Assembly (NCBI GenBank): GCA_951406725.2
Contig: OX597825.1
Coordinates: 26,164,001 to 26,228,000, forward strand
Direction of reading: 5' to 3'
Length of the DNA: 64,000 nucleotides
Source: Octopus vulgaris
Lineage: Eukaryota
Shown here: positions 14,433 through 27,929 of the stretch, one piece after another
Layout of the letters: every line of letters begins with the position of its first letter
Numbering within the stretch: the stretch's first letter is position 1
The notes under the pieces: generated by a model
What the model was told of the DNA's origin: nothing
The model's database searches: none
What the model saw: the letters and a program-made list of their open reading frames with translations, nothing else
Made by a program: the position numbers and the translations under genes

Positions 14433-14961
14433 TTGGTTTCATGCATTTGAAAGAAGGAAAATACAAGTCACAAATTAGGCAAGAGGTAGATTAAATCTTC
14501 AAGGAATGTACTAATTATTACATGGTTATTACAGAAAAAAATGGATCTTACGAAAAGGGCGCACCTAAGTACACTTCTGAAATAATTTCCCCAAAAGTGG
14601 AAAATGTTGCTATAAGTGCAAAGGGTCCTTTGGGAAATCAAGGCACAAATAATGTTTACAAATATTCAAAACACGTGCGAACACTCTATAACATAATTAA
14701 TCATGAAAATGGTACGATATTTAAGTTTCTTTGCGATGAAGCAGAAACGAATTTTCTTTCAGAGAAACAAACGGATGAAAAAAAAATAATTAAGATATAC
14801 ATTTAATCACTAATCAAACGTGTTGTAAGGATTGATAGAAATTAGCGGGAAAAATCTAACGCTAATTATCTTCTTAAAGCACCTGCGAACATCCCAATCT
14901 CACACACATGGACATGCAGACACACACACACGCACATACGCCCACGCGCAACCTTATATAA

Positions 14962-15085
<124 letters not shown>

Positions 15086-17788
15086 ATGTATAGTGCTAAG
15101 CGTCTTAGCAGTATAGTTTAATAACATTGCAAACAGCAGCTCCAATATCGAGGAAAATTAAATACTTATAAATCAAATTATACCAGCGGCTTGTTATTTC
15201 GAAATTTCCAGGTAATATTTTCTTAACCTCTGAAGCATCATGATGAATGAGGTATATTTAAATGTCGTAGGATAATTTATTTTATATGATATTAATAAAA
15301 TATTTCAAACATTAAGGTAATACAATTATATAATAATAACAAAACTTTAAATATTACTTTGTATGTAAAGACCAACATATCAATCATCTTTTTTCTTAGC
15401 AAACTTCGCCAAGGATTTAGTTTTTAATTTGAAGCAGACTTAATGGAAAAACGAATTTGTTGAGTTATTAATAGAGTATTTTGTTATAATGAATTTTTTT
15501 TTCACCATATAATAAAAGAAATATCGAGGATTCTTAAATATAGAAATAACAAAAGCATCACCTGAAACTACTATAGAAACCCGTAAAAGAAAGAAGAGTT
15601 AATTATCCACTCTCAAACAATTCCGAATGAATAATATAAAGAAAGTCTTGTATTAGCTGCTGAAACAAATAAAACATAGATAAGATTTACTTTTTATAAT
15701 TTTCAGGAGGTTAACAGTGTACTTCGACTAGACACCAGAACATAAAAGATGAAATCTTTATGATGTGATTATTAAAATTCTGCCGGCGCCCCCAAAAGCT
15801 AAACTAACCACTTATTTATTGAAGTGTGCAGCGTCTAATCTATCCTTTTCATTACGAATATTGATCCTGGAGCTTGTCGAAATATATTAGAGTTGTAGTT
15901 CGCAATATAATACTGTGTTGGTCGATTTTACGTCTGATTCGTTGTGTATTCTGACTATTTCATGTTACCCAGTACGCAGCTCGTATTTTTGCAGTGCAAT
16001 ATTACTAAATAAAATGATTTAATAACCACAGTGCAATATATCCATGAGGTAGAATTAATACTTAAATTTCTCGCTAAATTTACATAATGCTACCTTAGGT
16101 GTTTCTCCAGAAATACAATAAAAGCTCACGTAATTCTCTCGGTACATACGCACAGTAGAGTTTAAGAACACGGCTTAATATCTTAATGGTTATTTATGTG
16201 TGACTTTGCCATTGACGTTTATTCATCATTTAATAACCCTTGGATAATAGTATGGAACAGTTACGGTGGCAGCGAACAACGTAAATATTTTAACAGTATT
16301 TAGTTGAACACACAGTCCACATTCCAATTCAATTCCTGCAAGGTTTAACGTTCTCTTTCTGCCCTTCACACTTGATAAAAATATTGCTAACTAACACATG
16401 TAAGGTAGCGAAGCCTCCTGAGTCGGGCTTCCTTTCTTATCTCACATCCCTTAAAATTCTGCTTTCAGTTCAACAGCATTCGGGACTTGTTTGCATCTAT
16501 TTCTTTTAAAATTTGTGCTTATCGAAACACCTCAGCACATTCTGTTTCATCAAATATTGATCTATTTGTTAGCTCCTAATGTGCAACTATCGAAGGCGGA
16601 ACAGCAATAGAAGGCGGCGCAACTATGCAGTCATGAATTGAATCATGGCCGGTACCATTACCAGCCGTTCTATATATATATATATATATATGTCAGTTGA
16701 AGAGCAAGTAAAGTATGGGATTGCGGATATTTCATATTCGTTGACACGCATCCTACTCATCCACAGCTAAGATAATGACTATTTTTAAATGAATACACCA
16801 CATGTATATTGGAACAAAATATATCTTAACACTGAAAATTGATAAATGCTTTGCGGGCGATGCATATCCTAGTATTGTTATCTCCTTCGGGAATGTGATA
16901 GATCCAATTAAAAATGTGCCATAAGACAACTGGATCTGTCGCCATCAACCACTGAAATCCAGTACGTCTCAGATCATTTAAAAGCTGAAGTTTATAGCTT
17001 GAACATCCAGTAGCATGTTTCCTTAGCCTTTATGTTATGGCCTCCGCGAAAACAGATCTGTAAGTACGAGTAGGAAAAATCTACCGCAGCTGAAAAGATA
17101 GTAAGATTAAAAATAAGGAACAAATACAAGGAAGATGCATAAACATTAATCGAGCAAACGGAGAAGGTGACGTACATTCGGTGAGTGGAAGATAAATAGA
17201 TAGATAGAGATAGAAAGAGAGAAGAGAGAGGTGGTGTTTGCGTTAGAGAGAAGAACAGAGAGCACGGGGAAGATAATGCGACCTATGAGATGGGGTGGAA
17301 ACGAAATGATATTTAATCAACTGACATTTCGTCATAGCAAGATAAAGAAATCTAGAAAATAAATTAAGTTACTATAAAGTTCACCAGTGCAAGGTTTTCT
17401 CATGCAGAGGTATGTAACCTCACATATTCTAGGTCCATTGCAGCCATACATATGTTCAAATATACATACACACAAAAACACAGAGTAGAAGATAAGGGGA
17501 TATATGAAATAAATCAACAGAAATCAACAGTGAAGCACACCACAATTTTTGGTAAGTCATAATACTCGAAAAACTCAAGTAAACAAATATTTAGTTTAGT
17601 TTAGCAGTTACTTGCGTAATCTTATATAACCATGCCTGTTATTGCATGCACGAATTTTATGATGCAACGTTTCAATAATATATTTGTTACTGAATCTCGT
17701 AGAGAAATATTCGTGTTATCCATTATTGTCGATCTTACTATGTTTTATCGCAGATACAAACTTTATACGTGCGATATGTGTGTGTGTG

Positions 17789-17835
<47 letters not shown>

Positions 17836-17837
<2 letters not shown>

Positions 17838-18105
17838 TTTATTTAAAGCAGCAGAAAATTCAACAAAATCTGTTACTCTGAGTTTCTCGTTGCCGTTCAT
17901 CAGACAGTTGTTGCTAGAATGGAACCGATATATCAATTCAATCTAGACTCTTACAAACGCTACACCATTAAAAAAAATGGACTTGTTTGATTGGCCCTTT
18001 AGAAATAACGGTCAATCTTCGAGCGATAAACAAAAAAAGCTCAAAAATATATGTATATATATATAAAAAATTATAAAAATTATAAAAATTATAAAATTCG
18101 AGGAA
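17836..18105 (-). mobile_element. Penelope/Naiad-type pLTR remnant carrying a hammerhead ribozyme, abutting (TA)n
   Basis: HHR at 17861-17913. (TATAAAAAT)n repeat at about 18062-18097 resembles the A-rich repeat at 56400-56456 in the Naiad element. Shares the ACTCAGAGT stem III. Confidence 0.65.
17861..17913 (-). ncRNA. Type I hammerhead ribozyme (minimal)
   Basis: Minus strand: CAACAA-CTGT CTGATGA ACG-GCAA-CGA GAA A-CTCAGAG-T A ACAG-ATT-TTGTTG. The core is canonical, stem I is CTGT/ACAG plus CAACAA/TTGTTG, stem II is closed by a GNRA loop with an A.A mismatch at its base, and the cleavage triplet is GUA. Confidence 0.8.
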
Positions 18106-18794
18106 AAAACCTTACATTGAATAAAATACATATTGACGTTAATGAAGAACATATAATTAATGCATAGAAATTAAAACTTATTATAAATATTACACTGCAA
18201 TACATATTCATATTAAAGTGTACATATATATATCAACATACACAGAAGGATGCGTGCAAACGCCATACATATACAGACGTATAACTATAAATCTAAAATA
18301 TACACACAAATGCATGCATACATATATGTACGCAATCTATCTCGCACGCAAGTTAAAATCATCGATGTAGCGTTTCTCATTTACTGAGTAAAGCTTAAGT
18401 AAGGGGGACGTAAAGTTGTATCAGTATCAGTTAGAGAAAAAAACGAAAGAAAGGAAGAGAGAGAAAAAGGAACGAAGAAGGGGGAAGGAAAAAAGAAAAA
18501 GGAGGGGTGGGGAAAAAACGAAATAAGAAAAATTATGTAACAAGCTGTGTAACCGCGTTATTGACATATATGGGGACAAGTATACAAATACACAAGTTCG
18601 AATGGATACATACACATACAGTCGTGTATGTGTGTGCTTAAGCACAAACATACGCTCACTTACACATACACAGATACGCATGCTTACAAATTCATATCCA
18701 TGGCTATACACATACTTATATCAAAATTCTAATTTTTGACAACATTGCTTTTTAAAAAGAGGTGAGTGCAATAATGAAAAAAAAAATATATATT

Positions 18795-19172
18795 CTTTTT
18801 CTTGTTTCATTCGTTTGACTGCGGCCATCCTGGAGCAACACCTTTAGTCATCAACCATTGACCCCAGGACTTATTCTTTGTAAGCCTAATACTAATTCTA
18901 TCGGTCTCTTTTGTCGAACCGATAAGTTACGGGGACGTAAACACACCAGCATCGTTTGACAAGTGATGTTGGGGGGACAAACACAGACACACAAGTACTC
19001 ACACATATATATATATACATATACACATATACAACGGGCTTCTTCGAGTTTCCGTCCACCTAATCTACTCACAAAGCTTTGGTCGGCCCGAGGCGATAGT
19101 AGAAGACACTAGCCCAAGGTGCCACGCAGTGGACTGAACCCGGAACCATGTGGTTAGGAAGCAAGTTACTTA
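18795..19172 (-). mobile_element. SINE type A
   Basis: Colinear with the other type-A copies. Confidence 0.9.
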
Positions 19173-19416
19173 TATTTAATTTTTTTTTTTTTTCTGAAAC
19201 AGTTGTGTAAAAAGTTTATGTTTAAAAGATTTTGACTCGATTTTATTTGATTTTATTTGGGTTGAGCTATGATGTTGGTGTTAGTCCCTAACATTTCTGA
19301 TATTTAAACGACTCAAACATTTCATATATAACTGAAAATAGCAAACGTATATTCTTGAATTTATGTATGGATTCAGGTGGATCAATACTGAAATATGGCT
19401 GTAGTATATTCAGTAG

Positions 19417-19796
19417 AATGGAGGCTCAATGGCCCAGTGATTAAGGCAGCGGACATGCGGTCGTAGGATCGCAGTTTCGATTTCCAGCTCGGGCGTCGTG
19501 CGTGTTTCTTGAAGGGAAGACACATAAAGCAACACGAGGCTCCAGCAGGGGGTGGTGGCGAGCTCTGCTGTACTCTTTCACCGCAACTTTCTTTCACACT
19601 TTCTGTTTCTGTTGTACCTGCATTTCAAAGGGCCATCCTTGTCACACTCTTTGTCACGCTGAATCTCCCCGAGAACTACGTTAAGGGTACAAGTATCTGT
19701 GCAGTGCTCACCCATTTGCATGTTAATTTCCTGAGCAGGCTATTTCGTTGATTGGATCAACTGGAAGCCTCGTCCTCACAACCGACGGAGTGCCAC
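19417..19796 (+). mobile_element. tRNA-derived SINE type B, near full length
   Basis: Head TGGCCCAGTGATTAAGGCAGCGGAC...GTTTCGATTTCC; body homologous to 6043-6349. Confidence 0.9.
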
Positions 19797-20039
19797 GATA
19801 TTCCTTAGATTTCGGATAAAAAGAAAAGACGATGATGGTGCTGTTGATGATGATGAGAATTTTGGTTACACGTTAGATGTGATTGTTAGATCCGTCTTTT
19901 ATAGGCTCAAAAATGTTTAGGACAGCGATTTCCAATGTGATTTCTATATACTGTTCGTTCTGACGCTATTCATGGTCCACCAACATTCTTACATGATGTA
20001 GAATGTAGGGGCATACTCTATTATCTTTATATAGGATCA

Positions 20040-20370
20040 CTTTCTAATCACTTTCTTTCGATGTCTTGCAAACAACTTGCGCATGCAAGTGCTACCAGTT
20101 AAAAGCTCCGTATACTGGAAGCTAGCAAGTGTATGGGGTCATCATGAGAGAATGCGCGCCGTTTCGGGGCCTACCTCTCGACGGCATCAATACACACCGG
20201 CCCCACTCACTGATATCAGGCCCCGTTTGCTAGATCAGCTGGTTATGAAGAACTCAATATACTTCTAGCCATCGTTCATCGTCTCTTTTTAACCACATCC
20301 AGTGGCTAGCCTTCTCCACTGTAGATTGGATGTCAATGAATTTTGTTTCGCGTGGGTCTTCACGGCCCAA
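20040..20370 (-). mobile_element. 3' end of a HERO-like (restriction-like endonuclease) non-LTR retrotransposon
   Basis: Minus-strand frame DIQSTVEKASHWMWLKRDDERWLEVY* (about 20335->20254) resembles the AE(R/K)AS.WLW.KR C-terminus of HERO-clade ORFs. A GC-rich structured 3' UTR follows. Confidence 0.7.
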
Positions 20371-20794
20371 ATTTAATTAATTCGTAATGATGACTGTTGA
20401 CTAATGATAATGTGGCGAATGCCAATGCTGGCCGTCATCAGGATGTTAAAATAGCAGACAACAGTGATGATTTTTACTATTAATAAATTATTAATTATGT
20501 AAAATGATATTTAATTATTATGCTATGTTTTGAAAGAAACAGTGAAATATGAGATTGTTCCATACCTCCTTCTTTGGTGAAGGAAATTTGCTGTATTATT
20601 AAATAATCTGTCCTTCTTTATTCACAGATCATTTGAAACACGGTAGAGCCTCATAAGTTCACAAGCAGGAACCTGAATCTTCAGATACTAAATTCAATCA
20701 AGTGGGCGCGCAGTTCATTCTTTGTATGTCGCGAATATTGAATCCTAGTCATAATGCAATAATGACAATATTGTTACTGATATTGTGAGTTGGT

Positions 20795-20847
20795 GTGATC
20801 ATGATATTGATGCTGCTGCTGCTGTTGATGATGATGATGATGACGAT

Positions 20848-20879
<32 letters not shown>

Positions 20880-20907
20880 CGACTATGACGATGACAACCA
20901 CGATGAC

Positions 20908-20962
<55 letters not shown>

Positions 20963-20965
20963 GCG
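20795..20965. repeat. (GAT)n/(GAC)n compound microsatellite
   Basis: Directly visible; source of the poly-D, poly-M and poly-H ORFs. Confidence 0.95.
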
Positions 20966-21840
20966 GTGGTATTGCATCCGTCGTTGATTTTGCTGTCTTC
21001 CAATTTCCTGTTTCAGGAAATATCTGCTCAAATATTTCATGGATTTTTTTTTTTTTTTTTATCAAATACCATTTATCTAGGATCGTACGTCAAATTTTGA
21101 CCTGTTCATATATCCCGAATGTTTTATCAGATACAATTTATCTAAGACCATATATCAAATACTGAACTACTGTTCGAATAGTGAACAGTGCAAAGTATTT
21201 TCGAAATCCTTTACGTAGATATTTCCCCGGGTTTTGGAGATGCTGCGTTTATATAGATCATATATATGATGGTAACTATTGGTAGTGTCCCGATATCCTT
21301 AACAATTATTATAAACAAAGGGAGGCAGAGTGACAAAGATAAGGAAGTATATCCTAAATTATTAAAGTAATATGTAAATTTACTTATACATATTGTATTC
21401 AAATCTTGCCAGAACCACTTTTGCGTTATTGATATATTATGCCCAACTATATTAAAATGGCCGATGTAACTGAACGCAATCTCCAACAAAATCTATTGAT
21501 TTCGTGCCGATGATCTAAATGAAAGCTTTGTTTGTCTCCTTTCTTTTACGCTCTTATTTTATGACCCGGAGAGCAGGGTAGGTATTCTCATCGATTTGGG
21601 ATCAATGATTTACTAGGAATGATTCTGAATTTGTTCCCCCGAAATCTATCTCTCCCATTCGATTAATATATCCGTCAACCTATTTCTCTCGTGTTTGACT
21701 GCACAGCATATATCTTGCCCGGTGATTCTACTTGAGAATTACGTTAAGTTACAGGTATCTGTAGATAACTCATTCATTAACACGTCAATTTACGGCCAAG
21801 AATTCAATTGGTTACACAAGAAAATGCACAGACTTGAAAC

Positions 21841-21916
21841 CTGCATAGCACAGAAGAGCGAGCGAGCTTGGAGTATATGTATACTCCAAGCTCGCTCGCT
21901 CTTCTGTGCTATGCAG
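21841..21916. repeat. Perfect palindrome, 37-bp arms with 2-nt spacer
   Basis: CTGCATAGCACAGAAGAGCGAGCGAGCTTGGAGTATA-TG-TATACTCCAAGCTCGCTCGCTCTTCTGTGCTATGCAG. Confidence 0.97.
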
Positions 21917-22807
21917 ATATTCAACTAGGATGGTTAAAGACTTTTCTAATCATATACAGGAGCTAATATATACCTCATTAGGAGGTAGAAACCATTACTA
22001 AACACAGAAAAATGATACTCCAACTCCCAAGCAAAAAAATGGGATCCTCTCCTATATATATATCCAAATAGAAGTGGATGACACCCACACCGTCAATCGT
22101 TCGATCGTTGAAAAGAAGAACAACCTTCAGAGATAAACTACAATTTCAGTAACCCCTCTCCCCACAATGAACGTATGAACTTAAATACTTGAGAAGTGCA
22201 GTTACGTATACATATGTATGAGTGCGTATGTGTGCGTACGTATGTAAGTATGTACTTATACGGGTGTGATACATACACATGCACTTGTTTGTATACATGT
22301 GTGTTGATAGATGTGTGTAAATATGTATATACACACACGTGTATTTTCTGTGGCTCATATGTGCCCATAGATTTGCGCATGATTCATTAATATCATCATC
22401 GTCGTTGTTTAGCGTGCACATGAAAAACGGAGATTCGACGACGATGATGATGGTGGTGGGTGCATGATCGTAGGTGTGAGGGGCATGAGGGCTGGGGGGA
22501 TATTTATGTGCGGCTGTATGTGTGTATATACGTGTGTATATGTGTATATACATGTTTACAAACTAAGGTTTTGTCCTTTCAACATAATTATGTTGAAAGA
22601 ACAGAATCGTATTTTGTGTAAAATTGTATACTTTTATTATCATAGCTCGAATATACTCTTAAATCCATTAAAACAAATATTTTTTTACTATTATTTCTCT
22701 ATATCTCTATATATCGACTGCGTGTGTTTCCCCAGTAAAATATTTTGTACGTTGTATATATATATATATATATATATAAATTATATATTATATATAAAGA
22801 TAAGATT

Positions 22808-22876
<69 letters not shown>

Positions 22877-23178
22877 ATACGATCAAATCAAGTGACAGTA
22901 TGAGAAGAAAAACCTTATAAATTATAATTATCATAATTATGAATAATTGTATGTAATAGATACCATCATGCTCCAAATAGCAGTGAAAATCTGCCTGGAA
23001 AAACTACATCTTGTATTGAACACTTGATGTGGTTCTTAGAGTCATGTTTTGGCTGCTATTTCAAGCATGGTGGTACCTCTTAGATACTTAGATAGCTTTA
23101 TATGAAATATATATATATATAATAGGCATGCATACACAAACACACACACACACATATATTATATATATATATAGGTAT

Positions 23179-23264
<86 letters not shown>

Positions 23265-23329
23265 CGATATGTATGTAGGTGTCTGTGTGTATATATATGT
23301 GCACGTGTATGGGTGCGCATTTATATATA

Positions 23330-23625
23330 TCGTGAGCTTGTGGGTTCGATTCCCGCAACGGGCAGCATGTTGTGTCCGTGAGCATGACCCTTTATGTCAT
23401 GTTGCTCCAGTTCACTCAGCTGTTGAAATGAGCTGCAACATCACTGGTGCCAAGCTGTATCGGCCTTTGCTTTCCCCTTGGATAACAACAGTGGCCTGAA
23501 GAGGTTAGTCTGGTATGCGTTGGCGACTGCTGGTCTTCCAGAAACAACTTTACCCGGACTTGTGCTTCGGATGGTTACTTTCTAGATGCAATGCCATGAT
23601 CATTCATGAACGAATGGGGTCTCCT
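23330..23625 (+). mobile_element. tRNA-derived SINE type C (5' end clipped)
   Basis: B box GGTTCGATTCCC and central TTGCTCCAGTTCACTCAGCTG; tail homologous to 5843-6042. Confidence 0.8.
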
Positions 23626-23793
23626 CCACATACATACATACATACATACATACATACATACATACATACATACATACATACATACATACATACATACATA
23701 CATACATGCATACACACACATACACACACACAAACACACACATACACATATATACATACATACATGCTGACACATACACACATATATATATCG

Positions 23794-23955
23794 TTTACTT
23801 TTACCTTTTTACTTGTTTCAGCCATGCTGGATCACCGCCTTTAGTCGAACAAATCAACACCAGAACTTATTGCTTTTTAAGCCTAGTACTTATTCTATTG
23901 GCCTCTTTTGCCGAACCGCTATGTTACATACAACGTGCTTCTTTCAGTTTCCGAC
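23794..23955 (-). mobile_element. SINE type A, truncated and internally deleted
   Basis: 3' part matches the type-A consensus in the window. Confidence 0.8.
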
Positions 23956-26859
23956 ATGTACCAGTTGGGTGCTGGAGTCCATGTAATAAACTAGCCTTCT
24001 TTCACGGCATTTATGAGGCCCTGTGCCTATCTTATAAATAAAATATTTACTACAATATCCCTTGATAAATGCATGAATACGACACCAACACTATGATAAC
24101 GAAACAATCCACTTCCCACAGTGGTAGTACCATCATCTTCGCCTTCTTCTTCAACTTAAACCTCTCCCTGTCATTATGATCAGTAAACTTTCAATCGCAT
24201 CTAAACTGAATGCCATATTTCTATTATTCTGATTTCCGTTCTTTGACGTTGCGCAAATTATGATGACAGAAATGAATTATACATTTTTTCCCCCTTTTAC
24301 TACCGCAGTGTAGAAAATATTATGAAAAAAATAAATAATCGAATTTCTGTCCAAAATAGACCGTCCAAATGTAATTAATGGGCTATTGCAATACCCTTTA
24401 TTTCCCATCCACAATACCACTCTTGACGTTTTGCTCTGCCCTCATGTAAACGACAAAATAACAATTTTTTTTTTTTTAATTCTATGGATTGTTACTGTTA
24501 GTTACATTTTCCTCTCATATTGTCATTTGTGTGCACGAGATTGTTCGTAGCAAAATAGTCTCTTGGATATTTATAGTTTCGTTTTTAACAACATAATTGA
24601 TTTAATTATGATGGCAGAAACCATTGAAAATTTGAGGTTAGCTGAAAGGAAGACCGTTTTTTAAGACTATCCGTTTCCTGAAAACCGCTCTGTCATGAAT
24701 TTGTGAAACAACTGCTTTAACAAATGTAATGGAAGAAATAAAGAAAACCAGAAAGGAATCAATTATTTTTAGTTGGATCGGTTTTGAAGAAGAATGATTT
24801 ATAATCGATGTTTCTCTGAGATAACTAATAACACAAATAGAAAGGCAACGACACACACTGATGCTAAAATACATCACGCACTTCAACTAAGCCAAAAGGA
24901 TATGGTATTGTTTGCGGCCTATATTAGTTGACATACACAGTGAAGAACGAAATACATAGCGTGTTCCACTAAATCGCCACCAATGTATTAATGATACTGT
25001 AGGCAAAATTAAAAGAGATATTACTTACATTATCACAATGTCACCTGCTTGAAGTAGAAAAAATGTATTAGAATCACATATAGCTTGTCTCTGATTACTC
25101 AGCATCATTAGCTTAATTGCAATGATGTGTCTATATTAGATGTATTAAGCGCAATGTCTTGCCTAACTTTAAACATATATGGAAAGTAGCTCACATAAAC
25201 AAAAATGACTAACTTTTTATGTTTGATGATAGGACAAAATCTTTCCATAGCACATGATTTTGGTTGGACCAGAAAAAAGAAACATTTTAAACTTCTTTTC
25301 TGTTTTCCAAAACCCGCATAGTGTAATTAGTGACGGCAATCTTTTATAATATGAAGTATTATGCTGTCTTCAGAGAATTTGTACTACGTGTCACAATTTT
25401 TCTTTGATTCATGTACGTTTGCGACTAAGGCACAACCAGGAAAAATAGAAAGTATAAAATGAAAATATAACAGATACATTCGGTGTGTAACATGAATGTT
25501 AAGGCCGGTTACGTGACAACATAGATTCTACTCTACCCTTGCAAGTTACATATAAGTTTAATTGAGGTCTATGCTTTTTATACTTCCTACGATACACAGG
25601 GCAGTAACAGTACATTAGATCATTATATTTGAAACTATTTGATTGAAATTCTCGAAATAACAAAGAAAAGTATTGTTTTATCCACATTATACTCATTTAT
25701 AAGTTAATCGAATGTGATTAAACGATTATAATTGCTTTTGTCCTAAAATATGGTCTTGCAGTTATAGATAAACAAGTATATTGTAACTCCATTCAGTCAA
25801 TCAGTATAGAAGGATTTCAGTATATAGTATTCATAAACCCTTCAACATACATGCACAACATAGTAATAAAAAGACGTTTTATAATGTGAACAAAGCCCCA
25901 GACCGCCGTAATTCATAGGTCCCTTGTCATTTTAATGGTTAGTTTACTGTGAACATGATCCCAACATGTAAAGACATAGTTGAGTTCCTCTTCGGTTACA
26001 AATGAACTTTCTGATGTCAGTGACATACTCTCCACTGTATAGTCGAGTTTTGTTTGAAGAAATACTTTACGGACTTACACAATGAACTCCTGGACGTACA
26101 CATTGAAAATTGGCCATCAAGATATCCTTGAAACGTACATGATTTCGAACTCTGAAATCAAGGCAGAATGGCAGAGTTTTGACGGAGGCCCTACCGCCAG
26201 AAGAGTTTAATTAGCCTACGCCACAATTACCGTTCGTGTGCATTATCCATTGTGGTAACAATAGAACAGATTCAATGTTGATCATTATGTGAAATATTGT
26301 ACTGAAGAATAAACGTGGGAATGTGGTTTCTTTAAAGAAAATAAAAATGATGGTATATCGTATGTATTTCGAAAACATTCTTATATGCGCAATAGAATTT
26401 GCTTCATCCTCCACAGGATAAAGGGGAAAAGACCCTTATTTTTAACAATGACGAATATGATGAGCAAGAAACAACACTTTATTGAAATGTTTGGAATGTA
26501 GAGAAATGCTTGGAGAATGCTAACAGAAGAAAATACAACTGAATTGAATTACACATTTTTAAATTAAAGAACTTTGTTGTTTTTTCATTGCGGTTTAGCT
26601 GCAAGGAGGCTTAGATCATATAGATCTTTGATTAGAAGTATTGCATTCATGGACGTGGAATGTTTTGTACAAACACACACACACACACACACACATACAC
26701 GCATGCCTACACACACACACACGCACACGCACACGCACCCACGCACACGTACGCACAAACACACACACACAGAGCTTCCAAACAATATGTACACAACTTG
26801 GTGAGAACTAAATTAATTTACATTCCTCTTTAGGTTTAACACTTTAAATATATTTAAGG

Positions 26860-27060
26860 TAGTCGGTCTAAATTTTGAGCAATAGGAATTTAGTCTAAAG
26901 GCAGTCGAAGTCCAAAGAAATTTTAGGAGTAGGTTTCAAACATTTTCACTAACTCGATTAAAAATAATTTTGAAGATGCATTCAGAATTCCAGAAAGACA
27001 TCCCGGAAGACCATGGGCGTTAGTGAGTTGCTCGAAAGAGCACAACAAACATATTGTCAG
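26860..27060 (+). mobile_element. Decayed Tc1/mariner-superfamily transposase N-terminus
   Basis: Translation AVEVQRNFRSRFQTFSLTRLKI...(S)GRP resembles the HTH of DD37D/mariner-like transposases. Confidence 0.45.
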
Positions 27061-27535
27061 AGTTCAAGATGATCTGTGCCGCAAGAGATTCTGCCCAACA
27101 CCACAGATTTGCTTGTCAGTTGCTCCAACTCAACCAGTTGTGTATGTCCCTTGGTGGCAACGATATGTGCAAAAGTAGTGGGGTTATCATAGCCATGTAT
27201 TGAGAGGAATTGTTTGGGGTTTGAATAATTCACCTCTGGAAACATGAGTGATTCGTTCAGCATCCTTAAATAACCCTTATTATGAAAATATTTTGATTGG
27301 TGGGGGCTACTGGACCTGAAATAAATGCTAACTGGGCCCCCATCTGCAAGGATATATCCTGTTTATTTTGATATGATCTCACCATATCGCGCACCTGTAT
27401 ATACTGCAATCAGATGAGTAGTCATGATGGGTATATTAGGCTTCAAATATTTGTACACCAGTGCCACTTTGATGGAATGCATTGCTCTCTCACTCATTAA
27501 TAATAATAATAATAATGATAATAATAATAATAATC
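27060..27535 (-). mobile_element. Interspersed repeat attached to a (TAA)n tract (unclassified)
   Basis: Higher-GC block beginning directly at the (TAA)n run 27498-27533; no ORF recognised. Confidence 0.35.
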
Positions 27536-27598
27536 GTTCCCGTTGATTTTGATGTACGAGATTTTGAAGGAAATAATTTAAAGTTAAAGATAGTAATA

Positions 27599-27637
<39 letters not shown>

Positions 27638-27638
<1 letters not shown>

Positions 27639-27792
27639 GTTAATCCAAACAAGAAAGCACAAAAAAAAACACAACAACGCGAGGACGTGGAACAAATATA
27701 GTATTATTGGACGCTCAGGAAAGAAGGAAAGAAGCAAAGAAGGAGGGCTTAACGTTTCGAGCGGAGCTCTTCGTCGGAAACATAGGAGAAGG

Positions 27793-27795
<3 letters not shown>
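27638..27795 (-). mobile_element. Short Penelope-type pLTR fragment inserted in (TA)n with a minimal hammerhead variant
   Basis: Flanked by (TA)n on both sides. Minus strand reads GTTT CCGACGA A GAGC-TCC-GCTC GAA ACGT T AAGC at 27781->27747. Confidence 0.65.
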
Positions 27796-27832
<37 letters not shown>

Positions 27833-27929
27833 GAGGGAAAAGAGGAAACACCTTTCGAAAAAAAAAGAAAACAAAACTATGAAGCTGCAACAATTTGCGA
27901 TGGAATAAATAGTAATAATAATAATTTTA

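Noticed and set aside
14522-14806. 94-aa non-repetitive ORF
   Set aside because: No recognisable motif or splice context; compatible with chance.
16692-16746. TTGAAGA-GCAA..TTGC-GGAT next to (TA)n
   Set aside because: At least three core mismatches; cannot be distinguished from chance.
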